Source: Paraphysomonas bandaiensis
Taxonomy: Eukaryota; Protista; Chrysophyceae
Assembly: GCA_965644295.1 (NCBI GenBank)
Contig: CBFFRP010000235.1
Span: 96,646-160,645, forward strand
Length of the DNA: 64,000 nt
Reading direction: 5' to 3'
Part shown: positions 34,391-46,426 of the stretch, in pieces
Position numbering within the stretch: position 1 is the stretch's first letter
Layout: the number at the start of each line of letters is the position of its first letter
The notes under the pieces: generated by a model
Database searches by the model: none
What the model saw: only the letters and a program-made list of their open reading frames with translations
Told to the model about the DNA's origin: nothing
Program-made: the position numbers and the translations under genes

Positions 34391-35116
34391 ACATATAGAT
34401 TGTTTTTACTCATTTTCTCTCTTCGATAGTTAAAGAAAAGTTAAGTTGTTAGACTAGATAGATTATTATTGCACTCACCATAGCGTGTCACACGCATAAA
34501 ACCCATCACCAACATAAGTTTAGCAACCACCGATAATGTCCGTATCTTGAATTGTCAAGATACTTTAGTTTCGTAGTTATATAGCCACATATAGTATTTA
34601 GGAAAACATACGTAGTATACAATATACAACACCACACAGTCATATATTATAGTCAACGTCTCTCATCATAGTAGTGAATGTCTTATGTCTTATTAATAGC
34701 TGTTGGCTCTGAATATTAGAATATGGATCTTATTCTAGTATATTCAGTATTATGTCACTTGAAGACAATGTACGAGAATACAGTGAAATATAGTGATGTA
34801 CAAATGCTGTGATGATATTGAGAAACTGAAATAGTTTGATCTTTCAAGATATGTTCAGTAACGAGAGGTTCGCATATGTAGGATATTATGCAGGGATTAT
34901 AATGAGTTAGTGTTGGTTATCACAACTTCGTGTAAACGATATTAATAAATCTATCTAGTCTTACGACAAATTCTCTCTGTGATCTAGTTTAAAATGAGCG
35001 ATTCTCAATACTGAAGAGTCAGTGAATATAACTCTGATATATCCTACTATTTAACACTACGAAAGCAGCTCGTGCGTCACCGCAAGCACCAAGATAACAT
35101 ATACATACAGCTAAAC

Positions 35117-35282
35117 TCAACACTGATAACAGATATTGCTAAATGATTATTTTGTTGTGAAGAGTTAAGATTAATAATTAATAAATATAATACATTCTTG
35201 ATACTACGTTGTCGGCAACAGAGCAAGTTTTAGGTGTACGTGTAGAGTAAAGTTAACTTCAGTGAAGTGTCCAATTCTAACA
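35117..35282 (-). mobile_element. Copia-like LTR fragment
   Basis: Ends GTAGAGTAAAGTTAACTTCAGTGAAGTGTCCAATTCTAACA like the other LTR copies; left boundary uncertain. Confidence 0.55.
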
Positions 35283-35538
35283 GACTTAATAAAAACAAAA
35301 GAAAAATTATACTTCAGTTTGGTGTGAAAGGCAATGCAAAATAATATATATTCCAATACATTTCTGTCGTAATATATAGTATGTAGTGGTATTGATAATT
35401 GATAATGTTAAGAACTAGTATGATACACTCACAAGCAGAACATTTTACAAGACTATTAATCTATAAAACAAGGTAGTGAAGTAGGAAGTAAGCTTGTTTT
35501 TATACTATTGCTGTGTGAGTAATAATGCATGTTATAAG

Positions 35539-37541
35539 CTATGAGGACTTAATCAATAGTGGCTCCGACGCTTGTTCTATAATGGTTTGTTCCGGATTTT
35601 CCTTCTTTCGAACAACTACTTCCATACAAGGTGGTCCCCAAACCATCACAGTATAATCGGCAGACCCTGAATACAAAAAACTACCATGCAGTACAAGGCA
35701 AGTAACTGAATCGGAGTGACCAGTCAAACATATTTCTTCTAACATTGTATTCGTATTCCATATGCGAATCGTTTTATCGTCCGATGCGGAATAAACCTTT
35801 TCCTTGTGATACACTACAGCATTTACAGCACCTTCGTGACCTACAAGACACCCCATACATATTCCGAAGTTCCCAAGTTCCCAGCAGCGAACTGTTCCAT
35901 CTAAAGAACCAGAAAAGATTTTATTCACCGCATTTCCTGTGTATTCATCTGATGCCAGACAGATAACCGTATCTGTGTGCCCCTCGCAGACTGCATCTTC
36001 AACAAAATTTAACATGTCCCACGATACCCACACTCGGATGGCATTTCCCACAGTACTGAGACAGAGTTTTCGGCCAATGATGAGCATCGCGTACACGCTA
36101 AATTCTCGTCCAGTCTGGAGCTTTGACACTGTACAGGTTTCTTTGTCCCAAACACAAAAGGACTTGTGATGACCGGTAAATACCGTGTTTTCCGCCACAG
36201 CAATAGTATTAGCCTTGGCATACGGCAATGAAATACAATTTAGTTCAGCTCCCGAAAGCAAGTCCCACACACGAATTTTTTTATCAGAACCCACAGTATA
36301 CAATTTATTTCCATAGACAGCCATACAATTGACAGTTCCCTTGTGCCCCGTCAAAGACTTCTCTACAGAGCGAGTGTCAAGGTTCCATATCCTAATCCTA
36401 TAGTCTGATCCGGCAGTGATAATACCAGACCCAGTTACTGCCATGCACTTAATACCATTGATGTGACCTGTCAAAGTAACAATATGTCGTGCAATGCTAA
36501 GATCTTCATCAATATCTGGTTTGGGTTTTTCAGCTTGCGGTATCACAACCGGGCTACGCTCCTCTATGACATCAGCTTTCACATCACTCAGGGGTTTCTG
36601 AAGAATGCGCATAATACTGCTGTACAACGATTCCACTACTAAACTCTCCTGGTCGTCATCGACGAATGAAACAATTGGCTGCTTGGCGAGATTGTCTCCT
36701 AATAAACGGTACCTGAAAACCACTTCATCAACACATCAACCATACATCTCCTCATATGTCAAACGTACCAGGTTGTGTTATCCTCACAGTCGGGTTCCAT
36801 CACCACACCTACCATCCTCCCATTGCCTTTATTCTTAACAGTATATTGCACATCTAGGCGGCAGCTATCGCGTTCTGTCACTGGCCCTTTACCTCTCACA
36901 CGATCAATGTACCTTCGACTAATACAACATACAAGTACACGACACCGGTCTGGAGGAACAATAGACTTTGAATTTATAGACTGTTTAGTAGATATTGACT
37001 CAGTATTGACAACACATTTCAGTCCACGCTCCTCTAGTCCCTGTTTAATGCGTAACACTCTCGTGTGGTTATCACGATCGAGCTTATCTAATCCCTTCAC
37101 AAACATAACGAATAATATCATATGAAGAACAATTATAATATATATTCTTACCCAATCATGTGACCTGTTAGACAATATATAAGACATATACGTATGTATG
37201 TATATGGGTGTGTGTGTTGTACTTACAGCATCACATCGACTATAGATACATACATATGTATGTATGCATATGGGTGTGTATGTGTGTGTTGTACTTACAG
37301 CATCACATCGACTATAGACACATATGTATATATATGAGGGTGTGTATGTGTGTTGTACTTACAGCATCACATCGACTATGGATGATATCAACTCCATGAA
37401 TTCTAATTTATCCACACAGTCATCTTTTCCAGACATTTTCTCATGTAATCTTTTATTATATGCATCACCAGTCAGACTATGAAAGAGTTCACTATTAACT
37501 CTATCAGGTAAATGTAAAGTTGTTGAAGCACCAGAGCCCAT
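35539..37541 (-). CDS. N-myristoylated TIR-domain plus WD40-repeat protein
   Basis: MGSGAS start; DVML|SHDW|GLDKLDRDNHTRV..CISRRY..SCRLD..VVME..W TIR-like block with a 13-nt micro-exon (37152-37164); about seven GH..WD repeats. Confidence 0.82.
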
Positions 37542-38213
37542 GATGATCAAGTTCGTACGTACACGTATGTATGTATGTATGTATGTGTGTATGTATGTGT
37601 GTATGTATAGGTTCGTATATATATATATGGACTTGTGGATTAAGGGGTTATAAATGTAGTAATAAATGCATTATATATCTGATTCATGTAAGTAACATGA
37701 AGGAATGAGCTTGGATTGGTTAATAGGATGAGCTCTATGGCTATATAGAGCAGAGAGAGACTGACTGCTGTGTGTATGTATGTATATGTGTGTGTTGTAA
37801 GACACAGAGGAGATATATGTAACTGTAACCGTATATCAGACACTGAATCATATGTATCGAATCAGTGGAATATAAAGTAATTTGATTGGTTATGTATCGT
37901 ACTCCCGTTAATATCTAAACGACCGTTAAATATATCCGGCAAATAAACTCAGGTTTTGTACACCACTACAGAGTATGAGAAATACAAAACCCCATATTTT
38001 TTACTTTATATCTCAAGTTTTTAGCTCTCGTATAAAAATTATCAACAGAAGTATAGGTATCTTTTACAAGTTCATACTGTATATATCTACATACTAAATA
38101 CTGCAAAATCCCCACTTTTAAGAATATTTGGATCACTATAACAGTAAAAAAAGCGGATTATCTATACACACGACCCTCATAAGTCGCCAATTTTTCGACT
38201 CACTAAAACATGT

Positions 38214-38506
38214 GTATCTCGGCATCCTTTATTTTTGTTCTAATATTGAGACAATAATTATCTGTATTCTAGCAGTACTTGTATGTAAGTAATATAGAAA
38301 ATTTTTATATCAATTTATTCCCGCAAAATAAGATACTGTCTGCCTGATTAAGATCGTATCAGCAGTCAGCATCTTATTTTTTCGGCAATAAATTGATATA
38401 AAAATCCTCTATAGTACTGCAATACAACTACGGCTAAAATACACATAATTATTGTCTCAATATTTGAGGCAACTTGGAACAAAAATATACAAAGGATGCC
38501 AATACG
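38214..38506. mobile_element. Two MITE family A copies in inverted orientation (38214-38349 and 38355-38506)
   Basis: Both match the family; the second has intact termini with AT/AT flanks. Confidence 0.82.
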
Positions 38507-38591
38507 ATCATGAAATGGTGCATTAAGACAAAATCCATGCTGGATACAGTCACAGTTCAACATATTCATACCACCATATCAAATATCACTC

Positions 38592-39386
38592 ATGTCATCC
38601 TTTGATCTTAGACCTAATGCACCATATCAATTTATACAAATCCCAACTAAAATTAATGGAGTGTGGCAATGGGATCATTTACGAGTATCAGAGTCGGATG
38701 AGTTGGGTAAGTTCATCGAACTACTTAATCCTCATAAAGGGTTACTTATACCAATCGGTGGGAAACAAATAACGGATAGAAAATATCGTACAATGATACC
38801 TAATCCTAGTCGATATAACACTGATTATTTAATGAAAGTAAAGGGTGTTCCAATGGATGGAAATCCATCTCATAAACCCGAAGAACCAAATTGTTGGCCA
38901 GCTTCATACTTCAAAGAAGCAGCTCGAGGTACTGACGCACTCTACAATTGTCAGATAGTCCTCCTACGCACTGCACAGTATCCTGATATGCCTGCATATC
39001 CACATATCGAAAGGACTGAATTCATGGCCTTCGCTGAATGGATGGTCGATAGCCCCAGAAATATGAAGGACCAGTGGCAGACTGGATGGCTTGTATACTC
39101 TACTACCCCTCGAACCCGTCGCACTCCACTGAAGAACTATGTACCCAAAGCTTTTGTTCCTGAGAATTTTGGACCTAGTTGGAAAACACACTGGACCGCC
39201 AACTACATCTCCTACGAGACCAAAGAGCTCAACGAGAGGCGTCTTTCCTTAGAGCAAGACTCAGCTCTTTCTGCCCCCTCTCGTAAACGCTACAGACCTC
39301 CACCACCAAATCATACCGGTAAGAGGTTGCGTGTTCGCAATCGTAGGCCCCGTATCAAACTCCGCAGTCGTGCTTACGAGGGTTAA
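38592..39386 (+). CDS. Intronless orphan ORF, possibly a divergent SET-like domain with a basic tail
   Basis: 264-aa open frame; spaced motifs LRVSES..LG, GLLIPIGG, MDGNP, ASYFKEA, YNC resemble SET motifs; R/K-rich NLS-like C-terminus. Confidence 0.45.
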   Translation: MSSFDLRPNAPYQFIQIPTKINGVWQWDHLRVSESDELGKFIELLNPHKGLLIPIGGKQITDRKYRTMIPNPSRYNTDYLMKVKGVPMDGNPSHKPEEPNCWPASYFKEAARGTDALYNCQIVLLRTAQYPDMPAYPHIERTEFMAFAEWMVDSPRNMKDQWQTGWLVYSTTPRTRRTPLKNYVPKAFVPENFGPSWKTHWTANYISYETKELNERRLSLEQDSALSAPSRKRYRPPPPNHTGKRLRVRNRRPRIKLRSRAYEG

Positions 39387-41399
39387 ACTTAAAACTTGCG
39401 GTCGATGTCTTCGGCATATGTCTCCTGTATATACGGCAGATCTTTAGGACCCTCTTCAATGTGGTGTTCACAGCAGCAGGTAGTCTGGAGGGGAGAGTAG
39501 AGTAGCTCTAGTGCCGGGTCCTCCCACGGTCACGAAGCGGTCTCACTGGTGCAATTTTGCACAGAACTCATAAAAAACAACTTTGATACGCGGACACCTC
39601 ATTCGCCACACAACAATAACTCCCTCAAAAGAAATCTTAACTTCACACAATCGAATGATACAGTAACAAATCCAAGAAACCAATCAAACGAAACGAACTG
39701 ATCCAGAATTAAACAAAACAAGCACTAAACGCCGAAACCATATTTATTCGTTTCTTCATAAAAATTAAACATATACATTTCTGTATTGAACAATATCTTC
39801 TGAAATTTTTACAGTCGAACTTCACCAAATACAATCGATATGAATATCACATGAATTATTGTCAACTGATTTCTCACTCTCAGTATAGCATTAACCTGCT
39901 ACTTTGAATACCTAGAATAAACAAACTCCTCATTAAAAACTGAACTCGACACTAAGTAAAGTAGCATCCACGAGAAACAGAACAACTGCATAGCCACCGA
40001 AGCATCTGCCTCAGCTTCCCGGTGCTTAAAAGTTAAATTTTAAGAAGACTCAAATCTCGGTTTCTCTTTCGCGTTGCTGTCATCACCTCAACAACGGCTC
40101 CCAAAGAAGTCCCTTCTTTACTGATATAAAATTTTCTGCGCTATACTCATTAATCTAGCATATAAATCGTCTGCTCTTAACTTCACCACCCACACTTAAC
40201 AGGTTAAAAACTACTGACACCTCCGGCTGTCGTCCAATAATCCACACTGAGCTTATATTATACATACATAGCAACAATTTTCTGCCATTAGAAACACGAG
40301 GAATACGACCGGTCACTTCTTATTGCCTATATATATGAAACTGGTGCGAAATGACTGCCTCTACTCCTTTATATGTACTGTTTGCATGAATCTTGAAACC
40401 GCGCTCTTCTAGTAGTAGTTACCGGTTCTACTACAGTACAGGCGAAGATCATTAACCCCATACATGAAAATGCACAAATTGATACAATCGCTACATAACC
40501 AACAAGCGCAACTGTAGGAATCACTTACGCGTGCCTTTTTGTTTTATTTGTGCTGCCTCATATCGTTCTACAATATCATATATATCCTCAATATAATACA
40601 ACAATTGCACGCACATTTAGTTCTCCGAGCTGGCATAGCAACAGATCTCTGTATTTGACAACCACTGATACAGCCGAGCACACATAAAAATTTGTTACGT
40701 GGGATCATATATCAATTGTCACCACTTCCGACACTTATAACAGTCACTATACATTCACGAAATGCATACCAAGTCGAATAATTTCTGTATCATATCCTCC
40801 AGTAATAATATAGCTTGCTCGATAGTTGCTCCATATATACACAGCTTTCTCCTCAGCACGACATCTCTATAATATTCATGCATCATGATGATGAGCAAGG
40901 TTGGAGAAGTTCACTGGAGAATTTCGGGTTCGATATCTATTCAAGTACAAGCGTATAGCCGAATTATCCAGTTATACAGTTGAACTCTAGAAATGCTGTC
41001 TTAGTTTTCAATCATTGAATATTTAATATATTATATCAAATTCAGGTTGTTCATCATGCATACATTTTCTATGTTTATGATGCATTTAAGGATTTAAATT
41101 AGAGGTATTTACAACAACTACAATACATCTTCCGAGTCAGTTGAGATCAGACTGATATATATATTATATCGGTAATATATATATGAATAAATGTCATTCC
41201 TGAGGGCCTTTCGTTTGGCCTCTGGGAGTTGTAAGTAGTATATATTATATATATCACTAATCACTAATTGTTGATAATAAGATGCAGTTTCTTCAATTTG
41301 AAGTGGCTTGTTGATTATGGCCAGTAGGAGTTGTATATACGTATATACTGTAAAGTTACATACATTTCATTATGATTATTGTTTTGAAGGGAAACCTAA

Positions 41400-41770
41400 G
41401 CAGGAGTTGTAAGAATGTGCTCAAGCCAATCTTATTGACAAGGATAAGAGGAACATGCTAAACGGGTTTGATCCTAGTGATACAGTACATGAGGAGCAAG
41501 CCCGTGCTGAAGGTATACTATACGGAATCGATGAGACAGGGTTGAATACCCTGGTGTCACATTAAAGACGACCCTGAGAAGGAGTTACAAGTGAAACCCA
41601 TCTCATTGGTAGGGTTAAGATGACCTTCTTAGAAGGGTATGATCCTTTTATTGACACAGGCCATAAAGAACAGATCATGATGGCTCTTGGCATACTATAT
41701 GGATTAAATGAGCCAGGGCAAGACGCCTTAAGTAATAAAAAGTCATTACCTTTATTGCTACTGCTATAAT
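41400..41770 (+). pseudogene. Decayed frame with an internally duplicated peptide motif
   Basis: LNGFDPSDTVHEEQARAEGILYGIDETG and LEGYDPFIDTGHKEQIMMALGILYGLNEPG lie in one frame separated by stops. Confidence 0.45.
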
Positions 41771-41898
41771 TTAATACAGGATAATCAAATGCAATATATT
41801 CCAACAGTGCCCATATATAAGTACAAGAGAAGCCTGTAAACCTTTAAATCCTACACCATTGTTTATCACATCTTGTGGAAAAAGTGAAAAAGCCGGTG

Positions 41899-43516
41899 TT
41901 ATCTAAACCGTTGGCGCATCCTGTAAGTTACAAGGTATGCAGGGTAGCTTTGATTATGCTCATAAACAACTAGTCCTTGAATTGATTCCAGAACAGGCCC
42001 GCGTACAGACTGGCATCCCTCCTTTGGAACTCTTATACTACTATCTACAGCACTTTTCTGTTCAACTCTACCTTGAGCGACCAACGCCAAAAATATTTGC
42101 CTTTCATTATCTGTGTTCGGGCATTTATACGAGTACCGGTGTGCATAACTGGTATCGCTCGTAAAGTACGACCCTCTGCCATAGTAGTTATGATCACTGG
42201 AGTAACGGAAATCAAAACCATATCTGTTATTTCGCGGTGGACCACTGTTCCAGACCATCTCAGGAGAAGTTACGCTTGTTCCATGCTTTAGAAGGATCTC
42301 ATTCGCATTGCCACCATTCCGACGAGCGATATCTTTGCGCTTTGAATCGTAATGTTTATACAGCTCTACATTTTGAACACGCTCAATGCGCACAATATCT
42401 GCGCTGAAATCAAAGTCATTACTTCCGAAAATTGTGGAAACAGTGATAAACTCCCAGCTACTACGCTCCAGCTCCACTAATGCAGGGTCTGGGATAGCGC
42501 TATCATCACATAACTTCAATCCCCAGGTCTCTGGAAAGAGATTTGCAGTTATTTCTCTTCTCTGCATACAAACACAAATAAACAGGCAGCGTCATAAGAG
42601 CGGTAAACACACACAAACTCAAAACATACAAAAACACATCACATACTCATATACACCAACCATACCAGCAATGCAATCAAACATATCATAGACATAAAAC
42701 ACCATCACACACATACCTCTGCAGCAGCTTCCTCTTCCTGATTCTGCCTCTCCGCCTATAGAATACACATATGATTCCAATGGGCATGTATCTCTAGTCT
42801 ACGAATGATATGAAGGATACAGAACTCATACTAACATGTGCATTTCTGATGAGCTCACGCATCACATCACTTTTGGTCAAGTCAGCAGGGGTCTTTCCGT
42901 ACTGCAAAGAATAACGAACGTAATAAAAATAATGACACAATGCACCCCCGTATAACCATATCGTATTCCACATCATGATGTATGTATGTATGTATGTATG
43001 TATGTATGTATGTATGTATGTATGTATGTATGTATGTATGTATGTATGTATGTATGTATGTATGTATGTATGTATGTATGTATGTATGTATGTATGTATG
43101 TATGTATGTATGTATGTATGTATGTATGTATGTATGTATGTATGTATGTATGTATGTATGTATGTATGTATGTATGTATGTATGTATGTATGTATGTATG
43201 TATGTATGTATGCATGTAGGGGTTACTTACATTGTTTTGTATAGAGATATCTGCTCCTGCTCTTATAAGATACTCAGCTATGTCTATGTGACATTTAATG
43301 GCAGCATTGTGAAGAGCTGTCGAACCTAACTATAAAATATAATCACATATGAGCTTTCATAACACTGTATGTATGTATATGTATTTGTGTGTATGTATAT
43401 GTATGTATGTGTGTGTAGTTTACCCCATCTGTTGTATTGATATCATCACCCTTCTCAACACATCTCTTGACTTCATTAATATCACCTTTACGAGCAGCTG
43501 TAATAATATCATTCAT
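41899..43516 (-). CDS. Ankyrin-repeat plus PARP catalytic-domain protein (probable mono-ADP-ribosyltransferase)
   Basis: Exons MNDIITAARKGD.., LGSTALHNAA.., YGKTPADL.., AERQNQEEEAAAE, then IERVQN, LLKHGT, YGRGSYF, YAHRY, LVVY...YPAYLVTY. Confidence 0.88.
42977..43211 (+). repeat. (GTAT)n microsatellite in intron 2 of the ankyrin-PARP gene
   Basis: Pure tandem repeat. Confidence 0.98.
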
Positions 43517-43556
43517 CGTTCTATCTGTTAATAGAAGTATAGCGACAAATCTCTAT

Positions 43557-43710
43557 TGTATTGGCATCCTCTGTGTATTTTTTGTTCAAAGATGCCTCTT
43601 ATGTTGAGACAACAATTATATGTATTCCAGCCGTAGTTGTATATCAGTAATGTAGAGTATATTTGCTTCAATTTATTTCCGAAAAATATAAGATGCTGAC
43701 TGCCGATAAG
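43557..43710 (+). mobile_element. MITE family A copy, about 40 bp upstream of the ankyrin-PARP ATG
   Basis: GTATTGGCATCC...GACTGCCGATA. Confidence 0.82.
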
Positions 43711-45001
43711 CATGAACTAGACATAGACATCTACATACATACTGTACATATCTATGTACGTACAGAGGGTGGTTGATTTTGGTCTTTTTTTTTTTCATAA
43801 AAAAGTCACTTTTCATTTTCAAAAATATGGACTTTGTAATGAAAAAACAATGACCAAATCGATTTGCACAGTACAGTATGTATTTGCACATACTGTACAT
43901 ACTACACAAACTATTTCCGAGGTTTTCAAAAACGTATGATTTTAGGATGAGGATTTCAAAAAAGTAGGATTTTAGGATGAGATTTTCAAAAAAAACAAAA
44001 GCAACGCCCGCCTGTAGCTAAACAAGATACCGCCATGATTACTAGTACAATCAAACGATTTGCTTGCTGTCATGGCATGCTGGATGCAAGTTTGGTTCTG
44101 CAGTGTGAAATCTAATTCTCAGTGAATTGAAGCATGTCAAGCTGGTGCAATTACGGGCTCACTTGAAATTTGTATGTGTGCCAATAGACGTACAGGAGGA
44201 AGATGAGTTCCTGATCGATCTCCACGACTTTCTTACACTAACTTTCTTACAAGGCACCCGATTGTCGAGTGTCATCTGGGCGACAATGCTGCTATTACTC
44301 ATAACGCCACTTCAAAAAGGTAGTCGTGAAGATTCGAGGTGGAAAAAAAGCCTCACTTACTCTGAAGGTTAGGATAGTATTAATATATATCATCATCGCC
44401 TCTGGAATGAAGTAGCAGTTGAGCAAGCTATGTTGGCAGCTAACAATGTATAGCTTGAGTACGTTGTTTGGTATCAATTAAATTGTAATTCAATTAATTA
44501 GGACAGCAAGTAATAATTACAATTATAATTGACTACAACCTGCGTCAATTAGTTGTTACTCTCCCCTCATCGGTGGACCTCAGGAAAAGTACCTACAGGT
44601 AGCTTCCTATAGGTGCCTAATATGACCCACCAATACTGATAACTGTGGCTTGAGTACTTGTGGAAAAACTTGTAGGATAGAACAAGCTTATTCAAAAGTA
44701 TATTCCGTGTAGCTAGTACCTATTAAACCCTAGTAGGTTCACACTGATTACCTCATTCATAAGTTCATAATATAATGTAATATGTAATTTTTCTTATTTT
44801 ATGATAATCAAATAAATATTAAGACGAGGAAATATAAACTTCAATGATAAATCGATATCAGAGTATGCAGAGAAATTGATTAAAAATATGAATAAAAATA
44901 AAACTGTGAATGTATCGAGTTTGTCCCTCAAATCCACAATAGCTGAACTAGCTGGTGATACTGTATCGTTGTGTTAAGAAGAGACACAAGATGAGTGGCA
45001 A

Positions 45002-45823
45002 TTACTCAATATCAATTTCTCGTCGTCGATTGGCGGTTGGCTCTTTCTTAGGAATGCTCACAATGAGAGTGTCACCCACAAGACGAGCTGTGATGAAATC
45101 GGTGTCCGCATCAGAGGGCAAAGGGATGGATCGCAACATATTCGATGAGGAGCTGGTCGTGTCGATATATTAAATACACAAGAAGATACCAAAACACAAG
45201 TACATTATATAATACGTATAATACCTATGTATTACTAACTGCACAAATATAGAGTTCCCTTACCGTTCCATAATATGAAATCGTGCTTTCGTGTCCTCTG
45301 AAGGCGACGACTCATGGTGATAATGCCTACGAGCCTCAATGACCACAGAACCATCATCAAGATGAACTCGTATGCCAGATCGATCTACTCCTGGTAGATC
45401 AGCATCGATTGTATACTCCGTAGTAGTTTCTGTTATGATTAGTAAGTATATGTTATTATCTTTTAGTATAAACAGTACACATATATAACACACATACATA
45501 TATATACACCTATAGATAGATATATACATATACATACATATATACACCTCTATATATACGTATCCACATATATATATATACATACCACGAAAATCAACTT
45601 TGATTTTAGTAGTTAAAAAGAGTCCCCCTGAATCATCACTAGGAAGATCATCCATTAACTTTGAAGATGATTTGTTGGATGGTTTCGATGTGTTATCTAT
45701 AGTAATGTCGTTATTCATAAGTAGAGAACATGACTGGAAATTTCTCATAGTAACACGATTAATATGATGAGAGAATTTGGATATGATAATCCATGTAAAT
45801 GGTTTCGTAATCAAACGATTCAT
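45002..45823 (-). CDS. Small heat-shock protein (HSP20), probable organelle transit peptide
   Basis: KVDFR|ETTTEYTIDADLPGV..HIMER|SSSNMLRSIPLPSDAD..ARLVGDTLIVSIPK alpha-crystallin motifs. Confidence 0.88.
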
Positions 45824-46426
45824 TGTATATGAATAAGATTTTTATGAGGATATATATGGATAGAGAGATAGTTTCAAGTGTCTTAATATATGGATAAGTG
45901 TGTATGTATGTATGTATGTATGTATGAGATAGAGGAGCATATGTGTCCTATATGTGTGTTTTCTTATTCAACTTCATCATTCTATATGTAACCCGTTTGA
46001 AAATAAACGGGATGTTTTGGGGAGTAGGGTGAAAATGTGTAGGATAGTAAACGGGATGTTGTACGGGACATAGATCCGTGTTCTGTTTAATGTTCTGAAA
46101 TTCTGATATGATTTTTGTGTATAAATTGACACACTTGTGTACGTACAGTACGTACGGGACTATAACTCCGGGCTGTTTGGTTACAATACCTATTCTTTCC
46201 CCCAATATCTAACGGGATATTACCTCCCGTATAAATATATACACATCAACTGTATTCCAATCAACACATGACTATAGTACTGTATATCCAATCATTCATT
46301 CTATCCCATATATACACACTCTTTTCATATGAAATCACTGTACATTACAATCCATCAATCATTCCAAATCATTACAATACTTCTATATACCCTAATCTCA
46401 TTGGAACATATATTGTTCCTTTAGAG

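Noticed and set aside
41195-41230. Hairpin as a Helitron 3' end
   Set aside because: No CTRR terminus follows it and no helicase remnant is recognisable.
43763-44000. CAGAGGGTGGTT start with repeated TTTTAGGATGAG, resembling a DNA-transposon end
   Set aside because: No matching opposite TIR or TSD was found in the window.
46080-46110. Heat-shock element between HSP20 and DnaJ
   Set aside because: TTCTGAAATTC has 1-nt spacing, not the canonical nGAAnnTTCn register.
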